Below, piece after piece: positions 10,462 through 20,930 of a DNA stretch of 64,000 nt. Position 1 is the first letter of the stretch, and every line of letters starts with the position of its first letter. The notes beneath the pieces are model-generated. The model had not been told where the DNA came from. It ran no database searches and saw only the letters and a list, made by a program, of their open reading frames with translations. A program made the translations under genes and the position numbers. The stretch spans positions 91,753 to 155,752 of the forward strand of contig JBHLOY010000005.1 in NCBI GenBank assembly GCA_048939995.1, written 5' to 3'. The stretch comes from Promethearchaeota archaeon (GTDB lineage: Archaea > Asgardarchaeota > Lokiarchaeia > Sigyniarchaeales > SOKP01).

Positions 10462-11835
10462 ATGGTACTTGAAAAATTAGGAAGATCATTAGATCAAGCT
10501 ATTAGAAAGATAAGAAGATTACCTTTAGTCGATAAAGATGCGATTAACGCCTTAATTCAAGATTTGCAAAGAAGTTTATTAAGCGCTGATGTGAAAGTTG
10601 AATTAGTATTTCAAATGACTGAAAATATTAGAAAAGAGGCGATGAATACCCATCTTACTAAAGCAAAACGGAAGGATTTTGTCATAACGCTAGTACACAA
10701 TGAACTTATTGATACTCTAGGAGGAAAGCCAGCCCCAATTAGGATTAAACCAGGAAAAAGTAATGTTATTTTATTAGTTGGAATACAAGGCTCTGGAAAA
10801 ACAACAACTGTGGCCAAACTTTCTCGTTTTTATAAAAATAAGGGCTATAAAGTAGCAGCAATTACAACTGATAGTTATAGACCAGGAGCATATGAACAAC
10901 TTGCTCAATTGACAGAACAGATTGGAGTTAAGTGTTTTGGCAATCCAAACGAGAAAAATGCAATCAAAATTGCTGTAAAAGAAACTAAAAAAGCAATAAA
11001 TGAAGGATTTGACATTATAATAGTAGACACTGCTGGGCGTCATAAGGAAGAAAAGGAATTGATGAAGGAAATGACCCTAATTGAACAAAATTTAAAACCA
11101 AATGAAGTCATCCTTGTGATTGACGGAACTTTAGGTCAACAAGCCTTCTCGCAGGCCGAAGAATTCGCAAAAGCAACAAATATTGGAAGTATTATTGTAA
11201 CAAAATTAGATGGTACAGCTAAAGGAGGTGGTGCTTTATCTGCTTGTGCTGCAACTAATCAACCAATAAGATTTATAGGGTTAGGAGAGAAAATTGATGA
11301 ACTAGAAGAGTTCGAGCCAACTTCATTCGTAGGAACTCTACTTGGTGTCCCTGATTTAGAGAGTTTGGTAAAAAAGGTTCAAGAAGCAGAGGTAGATATC
11401 GATCCAGAAATGGCAAAAAGGATGATGAGAGGAAAATTCACATTAGATGATCTGTATTATCAATTAAAATCCATAAAAAAAGTGGGGAAAATGAAACAGA
11501 TACTTGCAATGGTGGGAGGAGGTAACCTTCCAGATGCTTTAAAGGATGATGCTGAGAGAAATTTGGAAAGATGGGAAATTGTACTAAATTCCATGACTAA
11601 AGAAGAAAAAGAAAATCCAAAGCTTATTAAAAAAACTAGGAAGAGAAGGATCGCAATTGGAAGCGGTACTGACTATTCAGTGATAAACCGAATGTTAGAT
11701 CAATACAATCAAATGAAAAAGTTTATGAAGAGATTTTTACAACTACAGAAAAAAGGAAAGGGAGCTCCTTTTCCCGGCATTGGTAAGATAGATCCCTCCT
11801 TCTTTAGTAAATTAGGAAAAGATTTTAAATTTTAA
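10462..11835 (+). CDS. srp54: Signal recognition particle protein SRP54
   Basis: GIQGSGKTTT, DTAGRH, TKLDGTAKGGGALS, Met-rich M domain with RIAIGSG. Confidence 0.97.
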   Translation: MVLEKLGRSLDQAIRKIRRLPLVDKDAINALIQDLQRSLLSADVKVELVFQMTENIRKEAMNTHLTKAKRKDFVITLVHNELIDTLGGKPAPIRIKPGKSNVILLVGIQGSGKTTTVAKLSRFYKNKGYKVAAITTDSYRPGAYEQLAQLTEQIGVKCFGNPNEKNAIKIAVKETKKAINEGFDIIIVDTAGRHKEEKELMKEMTLIEQNLKPNEVILVIDGTLGQQAFSQAEEFAKATNIGSIIVTKLDGTAKGGGALSACAATNQPIRFIGLGEKIDELEEFEPTSFVGTLLGVPDLESLVKKVQEAEVDIDPEMAKRMMRGKFTLDDLYYQLKSIKKVGKMKQILAMVGGGNLPDALKDDAERNLERWEIVLNSMTKEEKENPKLIKKTRKRRIAIGSGTDYSVINRMLDQYNQMKKFMKRFLQLQKKGKGAPFPGIGKIDPSFFSKLGKDFKF

Positions 11836-11859
11836 TAATTAATATGATTTTAGATTAAT

Positions 11860-12489
11860 TTGGTTGACTTTTTAATAATATTTGAAGAGCTTCAATATTA
11901 TTCCAAAAATGATGTTGATAAAGGATCAATACCTGTAGAAATTTATAAATTATGTTCCAGTATTAAGGAAACCTTTTGCCTTTCCTATTCTATTAGAAAG
12001 AACAATAATCTATATTTACTTTTTTATAACAATCAAATTTTAATTAAACTTCAAGGAAATGAACTAAGATTTCTAGGACCAGATGAACGATCACAGGCAA
12101 TCTTATTAAATAAAGCGATATATAAAACCAATGAAGTTAATAATGTTAATAGGTGGAATAAATCAACTTCAGGAATATATATTAGAAAAATTGAAAGTCC
12201 ACTTAAATTTCTATTTTTGTTTGAGTCATTAAGTTATAATAAAATCATTATACTTAATGATTATATTAATAATGATATTTTGACAATTGAAGATTTAAAA
12301 AATTTAAGAAATCTAAATGATTATCTTTTTATTTTACCGAATTTTCACAAAGGATCAAAAGTAGCCAACTTTTTGGACTTAGTTAAAAAAATCAATAATG
12401 TAAAATTTGTAATCCTTCCTAAAATCAAAAGCGATGCAAATAAAATATTATATATTAATTTTATAATCGATCAACAGACTAAGTTTTAG
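11860..12489 (+). CDS. Divergent TrmY-like (tRNA pseudouridine-N1 methyltransferase, SPOUT) protein
   Basis: FCLSYSIRK and LRFLGPDERSQAILLNKAI match the TrmY N-terminal pattern; SAM-binding C-terminal motifs not recognisable. Confidence 0.5.
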   Translation: MVDFLIIFEELQYYSKNDVDKGSIPVEIYKLCSSIKETFCLSYSIRKNNNLYLLFYNNQILIKLQGNELRFLGPDERSQAILLNKAIYKTNEVNNVNRWNKSTSGIYIRKIESPLKFLFLFESLSYNKIIILNDYINNDILTIEDLKNLRNLNDYLFILPNFHKGSKVANFLDLVKKINNVKFVILPKIKSDANKILYINFIIDQQTKF

Positions 12490-12502
12490 ATATAGGTTAG
12501 AT

Positions 12503-13897
12503 ATGATATTAAAAAACGCCAAAATCTACATAGAGGGGGACCTAAAAGAAGGAAATCTTCTAATCCAAAATGAAATCATAGAAGTAATTTCTGTAGGAAT
12601 AAATAAGAACAATTTAAATATAATTAGGCAAAAAAATAACGATGGTATAGAAATAGATTGTGAAAAAAGATTAGTTTTACCAGGAATCATTGATATTCAC
12701 GCTCATTTAAGAGATATGGGGCAAATCGAAAAGGAAACTTATCTAACAGGGACAAAAGCAGCAGCTTTTTCAGGAATCACAACTATTTTTAACATGCCTA
12801 ACACTATTCCACCAGCTAATACATCAAACCGTGTAGATAAATGGATGAGAAAAGCTGAGAAAAATATCTTTGTTGATACTGCCTTTATAGCAGGCGTTCC
12901 TATTGGAATTGATGAAGAAGAAATAAAAAAAATTGTACAATTAGGAGTTATCGGTTTTAAAATTTATCCATTGAAATCTTTAAGCGGTATTAATTGGACG
13001 GATTCAGCTAATATTCAGAAAATTTTGCTCATTTCTTCGAGGTTTCAAATTCCTATCTTTATTCACCCAGATTGGCCCTCTTCAAAAAGGCGAAAAGAAA
13101 GATTAATGGAGATGAATATACAAAGAGGAACTCCTCTTTTGCAAATTCATAATTATATGCATCCATGCAGAAGAGAGCGGATGTTTATTAAACATGTTTT
13201 AGAGCATTACTTAGGAATTGTAAAACAGCATAACTTAACATCTGAAATGTTTCCGATTGTTCACTTCTGTCACCTTAGTTGTAAAGAAAGTATTAAAGAA
13301 ATGTTTCTAATCAACTTCAAATCGAATATATCCTTTGAGGTCACCCCTCACCATTTATTATTAAATTATGATATTGATTTGGACCTTCCAAGCCACGCTA
13401 AAGTTTTACCTCCTTTAAGAAATAAATCTAATTCAAAATATTTATTCAATAAATTAAAAAAGGGGAGAATAAAATACATTGCAACAGATCATGCACCTCA
13501 TACTATTGATGAAAAGTCTCTACCATTTTTTGAAGCCCCTTCTGGATTTCCTGGTTTTGAGACTTATACACTACTACTGTTGGATAAAGTCTTTCAAGAT
13601 CAATTGGAATTGAAGACTTTCGTCCAAATAGCTTCGGAAAATCCTGCTAAAAAGTTCAATTTGAAAAAGAAGGGTTTTATTAAAGAGAATTATTATGCTG
13701 ATCTACTTGTTGTAGAAAAAGTAGAAGATCACCCAATTGACCCTCAAAAATTCAAAACGAAAGCTAAATATACACCATTTGAAAACTCAAACTTTTCTGA
13801 TCAATTAACCTCGGTAAAAATTTGGAAGGTTCTTTTAAGAGGTAAGGAAGTTAATATTGAAAATGGTGAACCAACTGGTAAAATAATTAGAATGTAA
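12503..13897 (+). CDS. pyrC: Dihydroorotase (cyclic amidohydrolase family)
   Basis: PGIIDIHAHLR, NMPNT, EVTPHHL, KVLPPLR, ATDHAPH. Confidence 0.85.
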   Translation: MILKNAKIYIEGDLKEGNLLIQNEIIEVISVGINKNNLNIIRQKNNDGIEIDCEKRLVLPGIIDIHAHLRDMGQIEKETYLTGTKAAAFSGITTIFNMPNTIPPANTSNRVDKWMRKAEKNIFVDTAFIAGVPIGIDEEEIKKIVQLGVIGFKIYPLKSLSGINWTDSANIQKILLISSRFQIPIFIHPDWPSSKRRKERLMEMNIQRGTPLLQIHNYMHPCRRERMFIKHVLEHYLGIVKQHNLTSEMFPIVHFCHLSCKESIKEMFLINFKSNISFEVTPHHLLLNYDIDLDLPSHAKVLPPLRNKSNSKYLFNKLKKGRIKYIATDHAPHTIDEKSLPFFEAPSGFPGFETYTLLLLDKVFQDQLELKTFVQIASENPAKKFNLKKKGFIKENYYADLLVVEKVEDHPIDPQKFKTKAKYTPFENSNFSDQLTSVKIWKVLLRGKEVNIENGEPTGKIIRM

Positions 13898-13956
13898 ACT
13901 ATAAATGAATGTTGATTCTATTTATTATTATTAAGAATTTTTATTTAAAATAAGAT

Positions 13957-14595
13957 ATGTCAAACAACGAGATTTTTACTTTAGAGGACGGAAAAAGATT
14001 GATACAATTTGCAAGAGAAAATATAAACAATTATTTAAAAAATGATAAAAAGATACTTATTCCAGAAGAATTCAGAAATAAGTTCTCAGAAAATTATGGT
14101 GCTTTTGTGACATTAAATAGATATAACGTATCAGGTAATCCTTTAAGAGGGTGTATCGGTTATATCGAACCAACTTATCCACTATATGATGTAATTCATA
14201 AGGTTTCAATTAGCGCTGCTGTGGAAGATCCACGTTTTCCGTCTGTAGAAATTGAAGAAATGGATGAAATAGTTATAGAAATTTCTATTTTAACACCTCC
14301 AAAATTGATTAAAGTAAAGGATTCAAAGGAATATTTAGATAAGATCGAAATTGGAAGAGATGGTTTAATTATCGAAAAAGGAATGAGACGAGGGCTACTT
14401 TTACCTCAAGTTCCTATTGAGCATGGACGAAATTGGGATGTTGAAACTTTTTTAAAGCACACTTGTAATAAAGCATGGCTTTCAGATGATGCTTGGAAAG
14501 AAGAAAATACAAAAGTTTACTCCTTTCAAGCAATAATCTTTGAGGAAAAAACGCCAAATGGAGATGTGGAAAGAAAATATTTGAAAGCAACATGA
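13957..14595 (+). CDS. AMMECR1-domain protein (TIGR00296 type)
   Basis: GAFVTL, LRGCIG, EDPRF, GLLLPQV. Confidence 0.93.
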   Translation: MSNNEIFTLEDGKRLIQFARENINNYLKNDKKILIPEEFRNKFSENYGAFVTLNRYNVSGNPLRGCIGYIEPTYPLYDVIHKVSISAAVEDPRFPSVEIEEMDEIVIEISILTPPKLIKVKDSKEYLDKIEIGRDGLIIEKGMRRGLLLPQVPIEHGRNWDVETFLKHTCNKAWLSDDAWKEENTKVYSFQAIIFEEKTPNGDVERKYLKAT

Positions 14596-14624
14596 GTCTA
14601 CTAAAGGGGGTTTAAGTAGAAGTT

Positions 14625-16127
14625 ATGGAAAATGTAATTTTAACTATCGATATTTCTTCAAATTCAGTTAAAGTTGGTCTTGTGTCTGAATTTTTAACTC
14701 TTAAATCACTTACTAATCAGAAATTTAAAGTAGTTGACGAGGATATCGACGGACTTGCTAGAAGATTTAATATGGATGAGTTATGGAATGAAGTTTTAAC
14801 TGGAATTGAATCAACATTATATAAACATAAATCAAAGGAATTTAACATTATTGGAGTCTCCTCTTGTGCTCAAAGGATTGCCACAGTTTTCATTGATAGA
14901 AAAGGAGATGAAATCTATGGAGGCCCAAATACAGACGTTCGAGGAATAGATACAGAATACATCATTGAAGATAAATTTTCAGATGAAGAAATCTTTGAAA
15001 TAACAGGACACAGCCCATCATTGCTATTTTGCCTAGCACGTTTATTGTGGTTTCGAGAAGAAGATGAAAATAATTACAACAGAATTAATAAGGTTTTAAT
15101 GTTAGATGATTGGTTAATATACCGGCTTTCAGGAGTTTTTTGCACTGATTTATCATCGTCTTCAGAATCTCAACTAATAGATATCAGGAAAAGTGAATGG
15201 AGTACGGAAATTATCCAGACTTTTGATTTTAACCCCGACTTTTTTCCTAAAATTGTGGATTCTGGCTCAATAATAGGTGAATTAAAACCAGAATTAAAAA
15301 AAAGATTTAATTTAGAGACAGAAATCCCAATTATTAAAACTGGGGGAGATACACAAGCATCATTATTAGGTATGGGAGCTATTAAGGAGGGAGATATTGG
15401 AATTAGCTTAGGTACAACATCGCCCCTAGATTTAGTTATAAATCAACCAATAATAGACCAGGATCATAATTTATGGACTTCCTGTCATGTATTAAAAAAT
15501 AAATGGTTAATTGAGGCTAATGCAGGGAATACAGGAACTGCCTACGATTGGTTTAAAGATTCCTTTCTAAAAGAAAAAGTAGACAATGTAGATAATTTAT
15601 TCGAATCCTATTTGAAAGATACAGAACCGGGGGACTTCTCAATATTTTCATATTTAGGGCCAGAAAAAATGAATATTAAAAATCAAACTTCAATAAAGAG
15701 AGGTATTTTTATTTTTCCACCTCCAATGATGATTTCTGAGAAACATCCTCATATTGAGCATTTTGCAAGAAGTATAATCGAAAATATTGCTTTTGGTATC
15801 TATGAAAATCATCAAGTTTTACAAAAATTCATAGATTTTAAGACGAATACATATTGTGCTGGAGGAATGGCTAAATCAAATGAATTCTGTAAAATTTTAG
15901 CAAATGTATTAAACACAGAAATAAAAACACCTAATTTTGAGGAATCTTCAGCTATAGGTATAGCATTAAATGTCCTAAAAACTCTGAAATATACACCTAA
16001 TTTTAAAACAATTATCAATAACCTTGTAAAATTTAAAAGTTATTATCCAGTTTCTCCAATCGTAGATAAATATAAGAAGATTTATAATAAATGGAAGGCT
16101 TTTAAACAAAAAATTGACGATTTATGA
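14625..16127 (+). CDS. Divergent FGGY-family sugar kinase (LsrK-like)
   Basis: TIDISSNSVK, PNTDVRG, ARLLWFRE, GGDTQ, CAGGMAKS. Confidence 0.8.
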   Translation: MENVILTIDISSNSVKVGLVSEFLTLKSLTNQKFKVVDEDIDGLARRFNMDELWNEVLTGIESTLYKHKSKEFNIIGVSSCAQRIATVFIDRKGDEIYGGPNTDVRGIDTEYIIEDKFSDEEIFEITGHSPSLLFCLARLLWFREEDENNYNRINKVLMLDDWLIYRLSGVFCTDLSSSSESQLIDIRKSEWSTEIIQTFDFNPDFFPKIVDSGSIIGELKPELKKRFNLETEIPIIKTGGDTQASLLGMGAIKEGDIGISLGTTSPLDLVINQPIIDQDHNLWTSCHVLKNKWLIEANAGNTGTAYDWFKDSFLKEKVDNVDNLFESYLKDTEPGDFSIFSYLGPEKMNIKNQTSIKRGIFIFPPPMMISEKHPHIEHFARSIIENIAFGIYENHQVLQKFIDFKTNTYCAGGMAKSNEFCKILANVLNTEIKTPNFEESSAIGIALNVLKTLKYTPNFKTIINNLVKFKSYYPVSPIVDKYKKIYNKWKAFKQKIDDL

Positions 16128-16164
16128 GTTTAATTTTTATCAAATAAAAATTTAAGTGATTTAA

Positions 16165-16515
16165 GTGTCAGAATTTACAAATATAGAGTCTTGTTTAAGA
16201 GAAATTGAAAATCGTTATGTTAATACAGAAAAAGTAAGGAAAAAGTTGGTTAATTTCAGTGAACCTATTCAAATAAAGTTTTTAGATACTAGCAGATTTG
16301 TGTTAATTCTTATAAACAAAGATCTAGGGATTGAAATTAAGGATCACTCTAAAGATGATAGTGCAACAGTAAAGATTGAATTTTCTGCTGAACAGGATAT
16401 GTTAGATTTATTTAATAAAGAGCTAGGTGCTGTTAAGGCTTATTCTAGTGGAAAAATAAAAATTATGGAAGGAAATATACGAAATTTAATGAAACTCAAG
16501 AGTTTAATGTTCTAA
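16165..16515 (+). CDS. SCP2 sterol/lipid-binding-domain protein
   Basis: LFNKELGAVKAYSSGKIKIMEGNIRNLMKL matches the SCP2 C-terminal signature. Confidence 0.75.
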   Translation: MSEFTNIESCLREIENRYVNTEKVRKKLVNFSEPIQIKFLDTSRFVLILINKDLGIEIKDHSKDDSATVKIEFSAEQDMLDLFNKELGAVKAYSSGKIKIMEGNIRNLMKLKSLMF

Positions 16516-16539
16516 TTTTTATATAAAGGAGGCTATAAA

Positions 16540-18216
16540 ATGAAGGCATTAATTACAGCAGAGATTTCTAATGATGTACTAGAAAAGCTCAAAAATGTTA
16601 TCGAGATCACCTATGAAAGTTGGAGAAATACAGGAATTATTTATTTTGACGTTAAGGAATTAGTAAAAAAGTTAAAGGGATATGATATATTTATAACATC
16701 CGCGGATGATTTAAAAAATGCAGAAATATTCGATCAATCAAATCTCAAATTAATCATCTCCTGTCGAGGAGACCCCTTTAATATTAATTTAGAGGCAGCC
16801 ACGCGAAATAAAATCCCTATCATTTTCACTCCCCTTAGAAATGTTGATGCTGTAGCTGAACTTACAGTAGGGTTAATGATCTCTTTGGCTCGAAAATTAA
16901 TACCAATAGATAAATTCCTACATTCCAAGGATTTTGAGGTAATTGATTTTGATGATTGGATTCAGCTCTACAATAATTATCTTGGAATCGAATTATTAGA
17001 TAAAACAGTGGGTATTATTGGGTTCGGTCAAATTGGTCGAAGGGTAGCCCAAAGATTAAAAGCGTTTGGGGTTAAATTTCAAATTTATGATCCATATTTG
17101 CCAGATGAAATGTTAGAAGAGTATGGGAAGAAAGCTAGTATTGATAACCTGATGAAAGAAGCTGATTTTATTACTATTCACGCTGCTGCAACAAAGGAAA
17201 ATGATAATCTAATAAATGAAGAACGTATTCATTTAATGAAAAGTACTGCTTATATTCTTAATCTAGCCAAAGGTAGTCTTGTAGATTATGAGGCTTTACT
17301 TTTTGCTTTGAAAAACAAACAGATTGCAGGAGCTGCTCTGGACGTGTTCCCATTGGAGCCTATTGATGAAGATAATGAATTTTTGGTATTAGATAACGTG
17401 ATTGTAACTCCCCATATAGGAGGAAATACTAAGGAAGTCATAACTCGCCAGTCATTAATGCTTTTTGAAGATCTTAAAGCTTGGTTAAATAATAAGAAAC
17501 CTGTAAATATCCTAAATCCTGAAGTTTTTTCTGAAACTGAATATAAATTAGATAAAATTGATATCAAAATAATTAAAGAAGAAATTGTAGCTATTTGTAA
17601 AAAATTGTTAAATGATGGACATGTAATAGGTTCTGCTGGTAATGTGAGTGTAAGAGTGAAATTAAATGATGAAGATCTAGTTTTAATAACTCCAAGTAAT
17701 GTAGCATATGAAGAAATGAAACCTGATGATATATTAATTATAGATATGGAAGGTAAGGTTAGAGAAGGAAAGCGAAACCCCTCGGTAGAAAAGAGAATGC
17801 ATTTAGATATTTATAAAGAAAGAGATGAAATTAATGCTATAATTCATGCTCATAGTATATATTCTACTGTTTTAAGTACTTTAAATCTCTCATTACCACC
17901 AGTTATAGAGGAGTTAGTGCCATACATAGGTGGAGAAGTCTTATGTGCTAAATATGAAGAAGCAGGTACTGTTGAACTAGCAGAAGAAGTTATTGAAGCC
18001 TTAGGAGAAAAAAATGCGGTATTACTTTCAAATCATGGAAATATTTGTTGCGGAAGCCATTTGGAAGGTGCTTATACCGTATTGCAATATTTAGAAAGAG
18101 GATCAAAAATCTATTATCATGCAAAATTAATTAAGGATCCTAATCTATTACCTGAAGATACTGTTGATTATGAGAAAGATATATTTGAAATATTTAAAGA
18201 ATCTAAGAAAATTTAA
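16540..18216 (+). CDS. Fusion: D-2-hydroxyacid dehydrogenase plus class II (FucA-like) aldolase
   Basis: GIIGFGQIG, LDVFPLEP, TPHIGG; then GNVSVR, ITPS, PSVE, IHAHS, SNHG. Confidence 0.9.
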   Translation: MKALITAEISNDVLEKLKNVIEITYESWRNTGIIYFDVKELVKKLKGYDIFITSADDLKNAEIFDQSNLKLIISCRGDPFNINLEAATRNKIPIIFTPLRNVDAVAELTVGLMISLARKLIPIDKFLHSKDFEVIDFDDWIQLYNNYLGIELLDKTVGIIGFGQIGRRVAQRLKAFGVKFQIYDPYLPDEMLEEYGKKASIDNLMKEADFITIHAAATKENDNLINEERIHLMKSTAYILNLAKGSLVDYEALLFALKNKQIAGAALDVFPLEPIDEDNEFLVLDNVIVTPHIGGNTKEVITRQSLMLFEDLKAWLNNKKPVNILNPEVFSETEYKLDKIDIKIIKEEIVAICKKLLNDGHVIGSAGNVSVRVKLNDEDLVLITPSNVAYEEMKPDDILIIDMEGKVREGKRNPSVEKRMHLDIYKERDEINAIIHAHSIYSTVLSTLNLSLPPVIEELVPYIGGEVLCAKYEEAGTVELAEEVIEALGEKNAVLLSNHGNICCGSHLEGAYTVLQYLERGSKIYYHAKLIKDPNLLPEDTVDYEKDIFEIFKESKKI

Positions 18217-18426
18217 GTTAGTAACACGTTCAAAAGCTACAATATAATCTTAAAATTAATATATGAAATTCTTAAAAAAGTTATTAAATTTATTAAGTTT
18301 TGTCGTATAATTTAATCTAAATATTATACTATTAATTCTATAAGAGATTTATAACTACTATATTTCCACTTCTTATTCCATTTAGAGGGAATCTAGACAA
18401 AACAAGCAAGATATTTGGTGATAATA

Positions 18427-20457
18427 TTGTCTCAATTAAGGGGCGTCATTGTTCCATCCATCACGTTCTATAATAAAGAATATGAAGTAGATAAAGAATT
18501 ACATGCACTGTTAAATCGCCATCTTCTTGTCAATGGGGCAGATTCACTATACTTATTTGGAGTCACTGGTGAGGGAACACTATTCTCACATAATCAAGTT
18601 GAAAAAGCTAAACTTATTAATTTCACAATAGAGAGTATTGGGAAAAACGTTCCAATAATGGTAGGAGTACTGGGAAATGAAGTGGAAGAAATAGTTAAGG
18701 AACTCAACGATTTAGGCAAAAAATTTAATGAAATTAACTTTGTATTAGCACCACCTTATAAAGAAAAGATAAATGAATTACAATCACATTTCACACAAAT
18801 ATTTGATTCATTAAGTATTAGAAATAGTATTTTTTTATGCAATAATCCCTTGGAATTTGCAGGAAATGAAATTACTCCAAAAATTGTAGGCGAACTAATG
18901 GATCTTAGGCAAATATCGGGTATAATTGATTCATTTGATAATATAAATTATTGTAGATCATATATTCAAATGTTAAATGAAGAATTTTCTTTTTGTTGTG
19001 GAAAAGAGGAAAATTTTCAGAAATTTCTCCAGCTAATACCTCTAAATTTACGGAAGTTTTGTGGTTTAGTCCCCAACATTAGCAATTTAGTAAATATATG
19101 CTCAAAATTATATTATTGTGCAGTTGAAGACAAAATTTTAGATCTCTATCAGTTACAAGACCAAATAAATGATGTTGGGAAAAATATTTACGATTTTAAA
19201 ATCGAGAAGGGAAAAGTTCAAAGAGGTTTGAAATATTCTTTTTTATATCTCTACAGAGATATTATTCAAAACTATATTGAAATCTACAATAATATAACTC
19301 CTGAAATCCAAAGAGAATTAGATGAAATCACTAAAGTAAGGATACAGGCAACCATTAGTTCCTTATTAAACCAGAAATTTATTTACCAATTATATTCTCT
19401 TGGTAAAGAAGAAATTTATCAATTAGATGATATTATCAAAAGATTTTCCAATATAGATGTTTTAAGTAAACAAGGTAAAATTAAAAAAATTAAAGGTCCA
19501 TTTCAAGCAAAAATAAATACTATTTACCGAGTGAATTTTGAAAATAATCAATTGATTTTCAGATTTCGAACTTTAAAATCTTCTAAAAGTGAAAAATTGA
19601 TAAAAGAAAAACTGTTATTTCCTTTTTTAGATAATTCATTAAATCCAAACTTAGCAAACTTTAGGGAGAAAGTGAAAGAAATAATCGCAATTAAAAAAGG
19701 AGAATATATTTTCGATAATGATAATCCTCCTATAATACCTGTGGCTGATTTAGTCTACTATGACGAAACCAAAGAGGCAATTCCATACTTATTTTCAATT
19801 TATAATTATCTTCATGGAAAGTCTTTAAAACGTTTGTATGAAAAATATCGAGATGAGAATTTCAGTTTTAATAAATCGAAATTCCTTAATTTATTTACTG
19901 AGATTGGAGAGCTCTTAGGAAGATTACATAGTATAACTTTCAATTCATTTTATAATGATATTTATGAACTGGGAAAAGAAGGAAAAGAGAATTACATAGA
20001 GTATTTTTCTTCAGATTTAGAAAATCAAATTCAATACAATTCTGCTCAAGAAAAGGAAATAATGAATTTTGTAAAGGATAATGTATCATTACTAGAAGAA
20101 GATAGCCCCATTTTAATTCATAATGACTTTCAATGGACTAATATTATTATTAAAGATGATCCCGGGAAATTCCAATTAAGTGGAATAATTGATTTTGATG
20201 ACTGGGCCGTTGGGGTAAGAGCACAAGATTTTATGCTAATGGAAAATATAACCCTTAAAGTTATTAATAATATTGAGATAAAAAACAAATTTTATGAAGG
20301 TTATCAGAAATATCATAAAATTAATAATGATTTTTACAAAAAAATTGAATTATTTTCCATTTTGTACTACTTAAAAGAATATAATATCGCGAAACAACAA
20401 CAATTAAATACAAATTTATATTTAGAGAAAATTCAGCAAATTTTAGATAAAAATTAG
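18427..20457 (+). CDS. Fusion: DapA/NAL-family TIM barrel (catalytic residues lost) plus APH/choline-kinase-like phosphotransferase
   Basis: FGVTGEG, LAPPY, LCNNP, GIIDS; C-terminal LIHNDFQWTN and GIIDFD; TTG at 18427 follows GGTGA. Confidence 0.8.
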   Translation: MSQLRGVIVPSITFYNKEYEVDKELHALLNRHLLVNGADSLYLFGVTGEGTLFSHNQVEKAKLINFTIESIGKNVPIMVGVLGNEVEEIVKELNDLGKKFNEINFVLAPPYKEKINELQSHFTQIFDSLSIRNSIFLCNNPLEFAGNEITPKIVGELMDLRQISGIIDSFDNINYCRSYIQMLNEEFSFCCGKEENFQKFLQLIPLNLRKFCGLVPNISNLVNICSKLYYCAVEDKILDLYQLQDQINDVGKNIYDFKIEKGKVQRGLKYSFLYLYRDIIQNYIEIYNNITPEIQRELDEITKVRIQATISSLLNQKFIYQLYSLGKEEIYQLDDIIKRFSNIDVLSKQGKIKKIKGPFQAKINTIYRVNFENNQLIFRFRTLKSSKSEKLIKEKLLFPFLDNSLNPNLANFREKVKEIIAIKKGEYIFDNDNPPIIPVADLVYYDETKEAIPYLFSIYNYLHGKSLKRLYEKYRDENFSFNKSKFLNLFTEIGELLGRLHSITFNSFYNDIYELGKEGKENYIEYFSSDLENQIQYNSAQEKEIMNFVKDNVSLLEEDSPILIHNDFQWTNIIIKDDPGKFQLSGIIDFDDWAVGVRAQDFMLMENITLKVINNIEIKNKFYEGYQKYHKINNDFYKKIELFSILYYLKEYNIAKQQQLNTNLYLEKIQQILDKN

Positions 20458-20462
20458 AAATT

Positions 20463-20876
20463 CTACCAAAATGCATTCTGAAATTTTTTTATTGTATCTT
20501 CTAAACTCTCTTCAATCTCTTCTTCAAAATTAGAAAATTTTGTACTTTCTCCATCCCAATTATTAATATCCTCATCAGAACAAATTTCAAGAAACTTATC
20601 AGCAATTTTATTTAATTCTTCTGATACTTTCTTCTCATTTGCTTTTTTTGATGATTTAGCAATGAACAATAAGCCTCTTTTCTTGAAAAGTGTAAACTTT
20701 ACGTTCTCTATCTCAAAATTTGACAGTCCATCATCAACTATTTCTTCAGCAAACGAAGTTAATGCACTCATTAAAGCTCCTAAGAGTTGTTCATCAATAG
20801 TTTCATCATAAATCCGATGATATAACACAATTCCTCCTTCAGATAATATCCAGATATCTTGTAAAACTTTGGTCAT
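20463..20876 (-). CDS. Longin/roadblock-like small domain protein (Asgard type)
   Basis: DIWILSEGGIVLY, QLLGALMSALTSFAEEI, ELNKIADKF..WDG..F pattern; ATG at 20876 (track TTG 20888). Confidence 0.65.
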   Translation of the reverse strand: MTKVLQDIWILSEGGIVLYHRIYDETIDEQLLGALMSALTSFAEEIVDDGLSNFEIENVKFTLFKKRGLLFIAKSSKKANEKKVSEELNKIADKFLEICSDEDINNWDGESTKFSNFEEEIEESLEDTIKKFQNAFW

Positions 20877-20930
20877 AAATCTCTTCAAGAATTTCTATAT
20901 TAAATTAATAAAAAAAATATTAATAAATAT

